DNA from: a virus
Taxonomy: Duplodnaviria > Heunggongvirae > Uroviricota > Caudoviricetes
IMG/VR virus record: IMGVR_UViG_2657245091_000012
Reading direction: 5' to 3' (one strand)
Length of the DNA stretch: 22,164 nt
The notes beneath the pieces were generated by a model. The model was given only the letters and a program-made list of their open reading frames with translations, was not told the origin of the DNA and searched no databases. Position 1 is the stretch's first letter; the number at the start of each line of letters is the position of its first letter. A program made the position numbers and the translations under genes. Shown in pieces: positions 7,805 to 15,562 of this stretch.

Positions 7805-7917
7805 TGGTGGCGAACGTGTCGGTATCACCAACGTCACTTGACGTAGATGAAGGTGAAACTATCGCCGCGAACACTTCAAAGGCACAGAAAAAAACAAAGC
7901 AGAAGTAAGGCAAAAAC

Positions 7918-7938
7918 ACGCCCCTGAATAAGGGGCGT
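7918..7938 (+). other. GC-rich stem-loop (acgcccc / ggggcgt, 7-nt loop) between the capsid-like gene and the Big_2 gene, immediately followed by the SD caggag
   Basis: Direct reading of complementary arms; no downstream U-tract, so not a canonical intrinsic terminator. Confidence 0.5.
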
Positions 7939-7951
7939 TCAGGAGAAAAGA

Positions 7952-8230
7952 ATGGCAAACATTCAAGTAACTATCACGCCATCTGACGCAACAGACAAAT
8001 CTTTCACTGTTGAGTCAGATCACCCTGAAATTGTCCAGGTTGATGGCACTACATGTACCGCTCTTAAGGCCGGGCAGGCAGTGCTGACAATCAAAACAAA
8101 TGACGGCAATAAAACCGCACAGTGCACAGTCACTGTTAGGGAGGCACCTAAAAGCGTAAGCGCCGTCAGTGTTGAACCAACTACGAAAGAAGTAACCGTA
8201 GGCGACAACTTCACGGTAAGCGAATCCTGA
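7952..8230 (+). CDS. small Ig-like (Big_2-type) domain protein, possible capsid or tail decoration protein
   Basis: 92 aa; TITPSDATDKSFTVESDHPEIVQVDGTTCTALKAGQAVLTIKTNDGNKTAQCTVTV has the typical bacterial Ig-like group 2 pattern; SD caggag upstream of the ATG. Confidence 0.6.
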   Translation: MANIQVTITPSDATDKSFTVESDHPEIVQVDGTTCTALKAGQAVLTIKTNDGNKTAQCTVTVREAPKSVSAVSVEPTTKEVTVGDNFTVSES

Positions 8231-8235
8231 TCAGA

Positions 8236-8260
8236 GGCTGCCCATTAACCGTGGGTAGCC
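8236..8260 (+). other. stem-loop (ggctgccca / tgggtagcc, one G-U pair) between the Big_2 gene and the sheath gene
   Basis: Direct reading; followed by a T-rich stretch and the SD gagga of the sheath gene. Confidence 0.4.
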
Positions 8261-8297
8261 TTGCCTCGTTCTCTCGCTTTAGAGGATAAGAACCAGC

Positions 8298-9956
8298 ATG
8301 AATAAGATTAGTTTTTCGGTAGGGCAGGCAGCTGGCGTTGCTGTAATGTCAGTAAATGCTGACGCTACCCTCACCAATACCAGCGGTGGCGCATCCGTCT
8401 TTGCTGGGCTTGTAATATCGCGTCGTGGCGCACCGGGTAAGGTACTGAAAGTTGACGATACGACTTATCAAAGCGTATTAGGTTCACCGATTCACCCTCG
8501 CCAGGGCGCGGCATTTGAACCATATCGCCACGTGGAGCGTGCAGTAAAAGGCGGCTCTGGATATGTCGTTCGAGTTTGCGCTAAAGACATGAAGGTGCCT
8601 GGTATTTCTGTTTCCGTTGTGGGCAAAGCAAAAGCGGCAAAGGCGAGCAAAGAACTTTCCGTTGAACCTACTGAAACCACAGTAAATCCAGGTGACACAT
8701 TAAGCGTTGGTGTTGCTTCAACTGCAACGACTCAATCAGTGTCCTTCACACCCAAAGAGACGCCCCAGATTAAAGGTGAAGAGAAGGCATTATTCTTCAT
8801 CAAAGATGGTGATGCATCTCAAAATCGCACGTTATCACTAACTCGCGATGATGAAGAAAGCGAACTCTTTACGCTGACGCTGAAAGAAAAACAAACCGAT
8901 GGGTCCATTGAGGTGCTGGAAAGCCACCAAGTGTCTTTCAATCCAGAAGGCACTAACGACATGGGCCAACCAGCATGGATTCCGACACTGCTTGAAAGCC
9001 AGTCCACTCGCATTGGTGCCGTACTGGCAGATAATGCAGAAGCATCCGCTGCTCAACTCATTTTTGAGGATGTAGCTTTTGAAGGTGGTACTGATGGAGA
9101 TCTGTCCGAAATTGACACTGAAGACTATCTGGAAGCATTAAAGGTTCTCGAAGCTTCAGAGGTTAATTACACCGCATTGCTGTCACTGGGTTGTTATGAC
9201 GCATCCGCCTTAGCCGCAATCAAAAAGCTGGCTGAAGATGTTCGCGTAGACATGTTCTATGACCTGAAGGGCAACCAGACACCTGAAAACGCTATTTCAG
9301 AAGCGAAAAGCCATAGTTTTGGCGGCTCACATCAACCAAGCCGTTACTACTTCCCGCTCTCCTGCCGAGATACCTTCACTGGGATGAATGTCGTCTATGG
9401 CATTAGTTGCGACGCATTCGTAGCAAAAGCAAAAGGGGTAGCGCTGGTACCGGATGTTGGTGGTTGGCATTACGCACCGGCAGGTATATCACGCGCGATT
9501 ATTGATCGACAGAACATTGCCCGAATTCCAAATATCGGTGCAGTTGATCGTGAAGCGTTCGTTCTTGCGCGCATTAATCCGGTTTCAGTTGCTGCTGATG
9601 GGTCCGTTTACATTGACGACTCTTTAACAACTTACAGCAAAAACAACTATCTGCGATTCCAGCATGTGTCTTCCTTGATGAACGCCATCGCCAGAGATTT
9701 CTATGAAGTAGCTCAGGCGATTAAGCACGAACCGGATGGCATTACCAAAGAAACGCTAATGAAAGCAATGACTGAATTGCTTGACCGTTACGTTGCAGCC
9801 GGTGCGCTGGTTACTCCACGTGACAAGTCCCAGGGTGAAGATCCATATGTTGTTCAGGTTGTCCAAAAGGACATCGATCTGTGGGAAGTGTCCTGGTCTG
9901 TTTGTCCGACCGGTACAGCTCGCCGAATCGTCGGTAAGCCAATTCTGATGCGCTGA
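8298..9956 (+). CDS. contractile tail sheath protein
   Basis: 552 aa; the C-terminal region (YLRFQHVSSLMNAIARDFYEVAQAIKHEPDGITKETLMKAMTELLDRYVAAGAL) matches the conserved sheath C-terminal pattern I recall from R-pyocin and P2-type sheaths (...VFEPND...FLRDQWRDGAL...); strong SD. Confidence 0.7.
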   Translation: MNKISFSVGQAAGVAVMSVNADATLTNTSGGASVFAGLVISRRGAPGKVLKVDDTTYQSVLGSPIHPRQGAAFEPYRHVERAVKGGSGYVVRVCAKDMKVPGISVSVVGKAKAAKASKELSVEPTETTVNPGDTLSVGVASTATTQSVSFTPKETPQIKGEEKALFFIKDGDASQNRTLSLTRDDEESELFTLTLKEKQTDGSIEVLESHQVSFNPEGTNDMGQPAWIPTLLESQSTRIGAVLADNAEASAAQLIFEDVAFEGGTDGDLSEIDTEDYLEALKVLEASEVNYTALLSLGCYDASALAAIKKLAEDVRVDMFYDLKGNQTPENAISEAKSHSFGGSHQPSRYYFPLSCRDTFTGMNVVYGISCDAFVAKAKGVALVPDVGGWHYAPAGISRAIIDRQNIARIPNIGAVDREAFVLARINPVSVAADGSVYIDDSLTTYSKNNYLRFQHVSSLMNAIARDFYEVAQAIKHEPDGITKETLMKAMTELLDRYVAAGALVTPRDKSQGEDPYVVQVVQKDIDLWEVSWSVCPTGTARRIVGKPILMR

Positions 9957-9963
9957 TTTATAA

Positions 9964-9985
9964 CCCCCGCTAAATGATGCGGGGG
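9964..9985 (+). other. GC-rich stem-loop (cccccgc / gcggggg, 8-nt loop) right after the sheath gene, immediately followed by SD and the next start
   Basis: Direct reading of complementary arms. Confidence 0.5.
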
Positions 9986-9999
9986 AGAGAGGTTTGAAT

Positions 10000-10734
10000 A
10001 TGAAAAATTATACTGCTGATCCTTTTATGCGTGCGATTTTCGGTTCTGGCTGCTTTGAAAGCGGTGATAAATCCACGCAGGACAATAATGATAACGCCAT
10101 GCTGGAAAGCGCAGGACAGAAAGGAAAGGACACTCAACCAAAGCCCAAAGACGACATTGAAACCGCGATGATGGAAGCGGTTGAATCCCGTGCACAAGGT
10201 GATATGCGCAGCCTGGCAGCTTCCATGCTTGCTGGTTGGGTTGAAGATGGTGATCCGGAGGCTGACTCATTTGATGCATTAGCAATCACTATGGCTGGCC
10301 TGGCTGATATCGATGAAGACACCGATTTCACCGATGAGCAAATCGATGCTTATAACGATGCTCTCGCAGCTCTTGCTGATGCAGCTGTTGCGCTTGGCGC
10401 TGATCAGGATGATGTAACCGAAATGATCGACGATGAAGATGACTCAGCTGCCGAACGTGTTTATGACGCTCTTTCCGAAAGCGACACCGACATGATGGAA
10501 ACAGCTATTGCCATTTACACCGTTGCTGGTGGTGATAGCGCAATGCTGGAAGCGGTACGTAAAAAAGTGGTTCGTGATGGCAAGGTTACCATCATCCGTA
10601 AACGCCCGCGTCCTCGCCGCATGACGTCATTGCAAAAACAGGCGCTGAAAAAAGCACGCCGCAAAGCACATACATCCGTAGCGAATATCAACCGCAAAAA
10701 ATCAATGCGCATTCGCAAAAAACGCGGTTTGTAA
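10000..10734 (+). CDS. hypothetical virion-block protein with a strongly acidic body and a highly basic C-terminal tail (244 aa)
   Basis: Asp/Glu-rich centre (DIDEDTDFTDEQIDAYNDALAALADAAVALGADQDDVTEMIDDEDDSAAE) and Lys/Arg-rich C-terminus (IIRKRPRPRRMTSLQKQALKKARRKAHTSVANINRKKSMRIRKKRGL); ATG at 10000 with SD gagagg (the track start at 9994 is a TTG). Confidence 0.5.
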   Translation: MKNYTADPFMRAIFGSGCFESGDKSTQDNNDNAMLESAGQKGKDTQPKPKDDIETAMMEAVESRAQGDMRSLAASMLAGWVEDGDPEADSFDALAITMAGLADIDEDTDFTDEQIDAYNDALAALADAAVALGADQDDVTEMIDDEDDSAAERVYDALSESDTDMMETAIAIYTVAGGDSAMLEAVRKKVVRDGKVTIIRKRPRPRRMTSLQKQALKKARRKAHTSVANINRKKSMRIRKKRGL

Positions 10735-10741
10735 GTGACAT

Positions 10742-10764
10742 AGGCCGCCTGCAAAGGTGGCCTC
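10742..10764 (+). other. stem-loop (aggccgcc / ggtggcct) downstream of the acidic-protein gene
   Basis: Direct reading; followed by SD gggag. Confidence 0.35.
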
Positions 10765-10783
10765 TACCTGGGAGAAATAGCGT

Positions 10784-11374
10784 TTGATTTGCGGCGCGAT
10801 AATGCCTGACGGAATAAGTCCGTTAATGAAGGTTTATATCCTCTCTTCAGAGGATATGGTCGTCGGTTATATCGGTGAAGGCTCTACCGCAGAACTGTCA
10901 TCAATGTGGCAATCACCATTTGAAAATCAGTCAGTAGGAGGTTTGCTTGGCGGTATTAGCGCTGCGGCTGGCTCTCTTGCAGATACGCTTCAGACCGCAA
11001 CCGGCGTAACAACAAAAACCCTCTTCAACTCAATGCTTGTTTGGGAAGGTCAGCAACCGCCTGAATTTAATCTGGTAATTGATTTCATGGCGACAACGAA
11101 CGCGCAACTTGAAGTGAACGCAGCCATTACAGCATTGCTGAAGATGGAATCGCCGGAACTGAACAATGTAGCGCCATTCGGTCGTCGCCCGGAGACAGTA
11201 ACGTTAAACATAGGTAGGAACATAGCCCTTACCGACGTTGTTATCAAAAGCGTGAGTTACCAACTGGACGCCCCACGCACACCGGAAGGCTATTTCACTC
11301 ATAACACGGTAACCCTGCAATGCAGCGGAAACACCTCGATTAACCGTAGCAACATATCATCTGTTTTTGTGTAG
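10784..11374 (+). CDS. hypothetical tail-associated protein (about 180-196 aa); start ambiguous (TTG at 10784 with GGGAG SD, or ATG at 10802 or 10826)
   Basis: ORF between the sheath and the tube-like gene; no recognisable motif. Confidence 0.4.
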   Translation: MICGAIMPDGISPLMKVYILSSEDMVVGYIGEGSTAELSSMWQSPFENQSVGGLLGGISAAAGSLADTLQTATGVTTKTLFNSMLVWEGQQPPEFNLVIDFMATTNAQLEVNAAITALLKMESPELNNVAPFGRRPETVTLNIGRNIALTDVVIKSVSYQLDAPRTPEGYFTHNTVTLQCSGNTSINRSNISSVFV

Positions 11375-11382
11375 GAGTATTT

Positions 11383-11874
11383 ATGTCCGGTTTTGCAAAT
11401 ACAAAAGCCGATATCGCTTTTCTGAAATCCCGGTTGAACAAAAACCTGGCAGCGGGCGAAAAACTTATTGGTTCAGAATTCTGGATGACTATTAAAGGTT
11501 ACGAAAAACTATCTGTACTTGTTCGTACCACTCAGTTGCCAGAAATGACACGCGAAGACGTGGAAGACTATGGTCCTGGCGGCATGAAGATCAACCAGCA
11601 CGGGCCATTGCGTAACTCAGGTGAATTCCAGGTCACCTGCTCTGAAACCATCGAAGGGGATGTTCTGGCAGCCGTAAAACAAATGGTATATGGCAAAGAA
11701 TATCTGGAAATTACCTTACAGGCAGCGGCTGAATCCAATAGCGGTAACCATAAAGGTCTGATCCGCACATATTATCACTGCAAAGTGTATTCCGACGCAG
11801 TGGACTTCTCCACCGAAGACGTAACAGCAGTCGTTAAGCCTTCCCTGCGTATTGTTTACAACTGGGTAGAGTGA
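11383..11874 (+). CDS. putative tail tube protein (163 aa)
   Basis: Size and position (downstream of the sheath, followed by a stem-loop) and loose resemblance to gp19-type tube proteins, including the C-terminal ...YNWVE; SD aggag 7 nt upstream. Confidence 0.45.
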   Translation: MSGFANTKADIAFLKSRLNKNLAAGEKLIGSEFWMTIKGYEKLSVLVRTTQLPEMTREDVEDYGPGGMKINQHGPLRNSGEFQVTCSETIEGDVLAAVKQMVYGKEYLEITLQAAAESNSGNHKGLIRTYYHCKVYSDAVDFSTEDVTAVVKPSLRIVYNWVE

Positions 11875-11880
11875 TCTCTT

Positions 11881-11899
11881 TCCCGCCCTTGTGGCGGGA
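11881..11899 (+). other. stem-loop (tcccgcc / ggcggga, 5-nt loop) immediately after the tube-like gene
   Basis: Direct reading of complementary arms. Confidence 0.5.
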
Positions 11900-11926
11900 A
11901 CTCCTTGTATTTGAGTTGTAGGTACG

Positions 11927-12478
11927 ATGACACCAACCGAATTATTAGAAAGCGTTAAAGCACGATTTAATCCACTGCTTGTGCGTGAAGAAGAAACGCT
12001 GAAAGCCTTCCTGATCAAAGCTCTGACCACGTATCAGGACAGGGCAGGGGTAGTGAAAACGTTAAAACTTGAAAAAGCTGGTGGTACTGCAATCCCATTA
12101 CCAGAAGATTATCTCTCTCTGGTTCATGTTACCGACAACAATGGCCTGTTGGTCTATTCGGATGAATTATCCGGATTTATTGAATTAGAGCTAACAGGTT
12201 CAGAGCGCTGGCCTTTTCGAATGCTGTATCTGGTTAATCTACGCGACAGAAAGCTGGATGAATGGCAAGTGCCTCCTGCAATCATTGGAATGCTGGAGGA
12301 ATATCTAGAGGCGCTTATCAATGTAAGAAATGTCGCTCGGCAGCGTAGAGCGTCCATCGACGGGAAATTTGACTACTCCGATCTGCCCGATGAAGCCACG
12401 CTATATGCCCGCGTGCAGGAGATTGAGGAAAAAATGTCCTCAAACCGGGCCATTATTCCGGGGGCTACCATTTTTTAA
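11927..12478 (+). CDS. hypothetical protein (183 aa)
   Basis: ORF in the tail block; no motif recognised. Confidence 0.4.
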   Translation: MTPTELLESVKARFNPLLVREEETLKAFLIKALTTYQDRAGVVKTLKLEKAGGTAIPLPEDYLSLVHVTDNNGLLVYSDELSGFIELELTGSERWPFRMLYLVNLRDRKLDEWQVPPAIIGMLEEYLEALINVRNVARQRRASIDGKFDYSDLPDEATLYARVQEIEEKMSSNRAIIPGATIF

Positions 12479-12493
12479 CGCTGGAGGCGCAGA

Positions 12494-13201
12494 GTGAGTA
12501 TTTTCAGCAGCGTTGGTAGAACGTTGACCACCGCATTGTCATTTAACACGAAATCATTCACCAGCAACCTCATTAGCGACATTCTTGATAAAGCCATATC
12601 AGGCGGCGGGGTAAGCGGGAATTACAGTAGCGATATTGCCTACGGGAAAAATATTGTTGCTGCCGCTATGCGTATCCGTTACGCCCAGGGGTGGCAGTGG
12701 ACCGTTGAAGTGGATGGTCTGAACGGCTTCGATATGTTCGTGAAGGATATCACCTACAGCAGTGGGAACATCGAGACAGAAAGCAAGGTGATCGGCAGCG
12801 TAGAATTCAGCAAGCCAACCTATGTTAGCGCCGGACCGGTCACTATGACCGTGAGGGATACCGAAGATGGCAAGATCATGGACTGGTTCAAAGAGCGTCG
12901 TTCTCGTGTAACAAATCCTGATGGAACAATAAACCTTCCTCCTGAATATCTGATGAAAATCCGTGTCTACCGGGTGACTCAGGACGGCGGAAAAGAACTG
13001 GAAGAAGAAATGCGCGTATTTCCTACGCAACTTGGGGAAATCACACGCTCACGTGATCAGGTGTCAGAGTTCTTGTCATACCCAATCACTTTCCAGAAAT
13101 ACACATCCGCAGGCTCAGGTGTTTCTGCTTTGGTCAACGGTGCCGCTGGCATGGCTACAAGTGCGTTAAAGGGGGCTGTGAGTGGAGTGATCAAATTCTG
13201 A
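12494..13201 (+). CDS. hypothetical protein (235 aa), GTG start with GGAGG SD
   Basis: ORF in the tail block; no motif recognised. Confidence 0.4.
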   Translation: MSIFSSVGRTLTTALSFNTKSFTSNLISDILDKAISGGGVSGNYSSDIAYGKNIVAAAMRIRYAQGWQWTVEVDGLNGFDMFVKDITYSSGNIETESKVIGSVEFSKPTYVSAGPVTMTVRDTEDGKIMDWFKERRSRVTNPDGTINLPPEYLMKIRVYRVTQDGGKELEEEMRVFPTQLGEITRSRDQVSEFLSYPITFQKYTSAGSGVSALVNGAAGMATSALKGAVSGVIKF

Positions 13202-13290
13202 ATAGCTTTAATTATGTGTGCTGGAGGGTTGCTCATTTCCCGTCAGCACCCACGCCCTCAACGATAGCGGGTAGGGAAGGTAGCGCAATT

Positions 13291-13585
13291 TTGAGGGCAT
13301 TTTTTACATCATCAATTCATCTGTAATGAAGGCATTCTTTACACATTTCAATAATATCAATCAGTTAACACAGTGAATGATAATAAAAAAGCGCAATAAG
13401 AATGCACGATACGCACGATATTGGTTGAGGGCGATTTTTACATAGTCCTTACATATCAATACGTTATATAAAAACACAACTTGCTAATAACAATATACAT
13501 GCAATTAAGATGTAAAAATTGCCCTCAATTGCCGATCGTTAAGGGCAAATTCTACACCTTGAGAGGGGTGTAAAAATTGCCCTTA
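13291..13585. repeat. iteron array downstream of repA (incC-like copy-control repeats), mixed orientation
   Basis: Copies of the GAGGGCA(A/T)TTTTTACA(T/C)C family at 13291-13310 (+), 13425-13444 (+), 13509-13528 (-), 13540-13558 (+, degenerate) and 13566-13585 (-); the last two form a near-palindrome overlapping the repA stop. Confidence 0.6.
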
Positions 13586-14338
13586 AGACTGCTGATAGGT
13601 AAATTTTATCCTGGTAACTTTGCCGCCTTCCGTCACCTCTGAGAAGACTATTTTCATTTTTGTATTTTTTTCAATCTCTGCTACAGCCTTCGTTAAAAAA
13701 CTTCTCTTAAATTCGGCATACCGCTGATAGCTTTTTGGTAACCCATAACGCTCCCGCATCCATTCGACGCCAAGTATGGCAAAGCCGCTTCCATCATCCT
13801 TCCTGTACTGGCATAAGGACTCATAAAGCCGCATAGAATAAGGATTTGTAAGGCGAGATACTTCGGTAAAATTCAGCCTTGTGAATCTCTTATCAAGCAG
13901 AGTAAAAAACGGCATGAGATATGGATTAAGATGAATAATGTAAGTCCCGCGCCGTGGTGAATAGGCATCCTTAATCATCCAAGGATAAGACTCATAACTG
14001 TCTTCTGATTCGGTCGATTCATCAGGGTTATATATCGTAACTTTCTTCTCGCTAAGCCCTGAAATGGCCTTACGAATATCCTTGCTGGCTTCAGCAGAGG
14101 GCAAATTATACATCTCTGCATATTCGTTGACCGTCAACTCACAGGCACCTGAACCAAGAACGCCATCCTTAGAAGCATAGCGAAGTCTTCCCACCACAAT
14201 AAACAACAGTCGCTTTTGGTCGCGAGTCAGGTGATAAGCAGCCTCCGTGATCTCATTGGCTTGTGCCAAACTACGACTAATAGGTGTCGCTGACTCAATC
14301 AGGCTGACGGCTTTTGCTGTTAATTCCGCTCTGTTCAT
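13583..14338 (-). CDS. repA: iteron-binding replication initiator, Rep_3 family, F RepE-like
   Basis: Strong similarity to F RepE as recalled (LTEAAYHLTRDQKR, SAEASKDIR, NPYSMRLYESLCQYRKDDGSGF, PKSYQRY). The track start (14371) is a TTG inside an iteron; the ATG at 14336-14338 (MNRAELTAK...) gives an N-terminus of RepE-like length. Confidence 0.9.
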   Translation of the reverse strand: MNRAELTAKAVSLIESATPISRSLAQANEITEAAYHLTRDQKRLLFIVVGRLRYASKDGVLGSGACELTVNEYAEMYNLPSAEASKDIRKAISGLSEKKVTIYNPDESTESEDSYESYPWMIKDAYSPRRGTYIIHLNPYLMPFFTLLDKRFTRLNFTEVSRLTNPYSMRLYESLCQYRKDDGSGFAILGVEWMRERYGLPKSYQRYAEFKRSFLTKAVAEIEKNTKMKIVFSEVTEGGKVTRIKFTYQQS

Positions 14339-14361
14339 AACCCTGTGTGATCCTTCAAATG

Positions 14362-14622
14362 GTGAGGGCAATTTTTACATCACTTTGAGGGCAATTACTA
14401 CACCTTTTGAGGGCAAATCTTACACCTTTTGAGGGCAAATCTTACACCGATCGTATTTAATTGAGGGCAAATCTTACACCAGCCTCCTCTACAGCCCGCG
14501 CCACTACTGGCTCCAGCGACGCCTAAAAAGGATCTAAAAAGGATTAAAAATGGAAAAAGGTTTATAAAAATACTCTGTGGATATGTGAGTAGCGTCACTT
14601 AAGGTGTAAAAATCACCCTCAA
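14362..14622. repeat. replication origin region: five direct 22-bp-spaced iterons (TTGAGGGCAAATCTTACACC), an AT-rich tract, a DnaA-box-like site and one inverted iteron
   Basis: Iterons at 14362-14381, 14384-14404, 14405-14426, 14427-14448 and 14461-14480; AT-rich tract 14521-14572 with repeated aaaaagga; tgtggatat at 14576-14584 is 8/9 to the DnaA box TGTGGATAA; inverted iteron variant at 14603-14622. Iteron sequence resembles F oriS iterons as recalled. Confidence 0.7.
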
Positions 14623-14726
14623 TAATCGCTTCTCGACCGGCAAAGATCTTCATTCAATCCCCATCGCAAATCACACACTCCCTATCCTCTGGAAAATGAA
14701 CAGATACCTGCTTTTCGGAGGAATAA

Positions 14727-15548
14727 TTGAACATTCCAAAATTCCCATTGCCTTCCCGTCCTGAGACAGAAATTCAGTTTCACGCCCCTACCGTGAAGGA
14801 TGCGCTGAAATATTCTGACCTGAACCCGGCAGAAGATGAGGCAACTACTACAGAGTACCTTAACTCTATGCAGGATGGTGAAATTAACGACAGTGCTAAC
14901 TGGACAGTTCAGGATCGCAGAACTGCTCTTTGGTGGATATTTGTTAATTCGCGCCCTGATGCAGTAATGACCTACTCCTATGAGTGCAGTCACTGCGGTA
15001 ATACGCATCATGCAGATATTAACCTGAGCGACCTGGCCCAAACAGTAGAAATACTCACTGTGCCTCCTTACGTGAAAACCAACGTACCAGTAAATGGAGT
15101 ACCAACTGACTGGATACTTAAACCATTAACCGGGAAAGGCGCGGAACTCCTTGAACGAATGCGAGCGTCACTTCCTGATATGAAAAGCCCCGAATACAGT
15201 GCTGGCGTGGCACGGATGCGAATTGCTGAACTCGCTTTATGCACGGCGCTTGAAGACGATCCGGAGGACTTCACGCAGGCCGCTAACCGACGCTTTGACA
15301 TCATTGAAAGCATGGCGCTTGAAACCGAATTTACTCCGCTTGTGGCTCGCATACAGCTTATGCAAAAAGACCTACGCCACGGCCTGAAAATGTCTATTGA
15401 GAGAGGCACAAGCCGACTGATCCTGCCTCCGCAACATTGCAAAAACGCTAAGGAGGGTGCAGATGTGACAACCACACTGTACGTCCCCTTTCTCAATAGA
15501 GAGTTTATCCCATCAATTAGATCTGAATGGATGGCTAACCATTATTAA
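14727..15548 (+). CDS. hypothetical protein (273 aa), TTG start with GGAGG SD; contains a Cys/His cluster (CSHCGNTHH)
   Basis: ORF immediately upstream of the tape-measure-like gene; possible tail assembly factor by position only. Confidence 0.35.
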   Translation: MNIPKFPLPSRPETEIQFHAPTVKDALKYSDLNPAEDEATTTEYLNSMQDGEINDSANWTVQDRRTALWWIFVNSRPDAVMTYSYECSHCGNTHHADINLSDLAQTVEILTVPPYVKTNVPVNGVPTDWILKPLTGKGAELLERMRASLPDMKSPEYSAGVARMRIAELALCTALEDDPEDFTQAANRRFDIIESMALETEFTPLVARIQLMQKDLRHGLKMSIERGTSRLILPPQHCKNAKEGADVTTTLYVPFLNREFIPSIRSEWMANHY

Positions 15549-15562
15549 CAACCTGACTCTAT

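Noticed and set aside
7142-7837. 231-aa and 143-aa minus-strand ORFs inside the capsid-like gene
   Set aside because: Fully embedded antisense to a long plus-strand ORF that has a coherent protein-like translation; most likely shadow ORFs.
6107-9956. Identification of the element as phage P1 itself
   Set aside because: P1 partitions with a ParA/ParB type Ia system next to its repA, and its gene order differs; here the partition loci are ParMR and ParA/ParG-like. Not testable without a search, so left as an unnamed phage-plasmid-like element.
13291-14622. Regularly spaced direct repeats that could suggest a CRISPR array
   Set aside because: They are about 20 bp, have no consistent spacer-sized unique inserts, flank a Rep_3 initiator gene and resemble F-type iterons; no cas genes are present.
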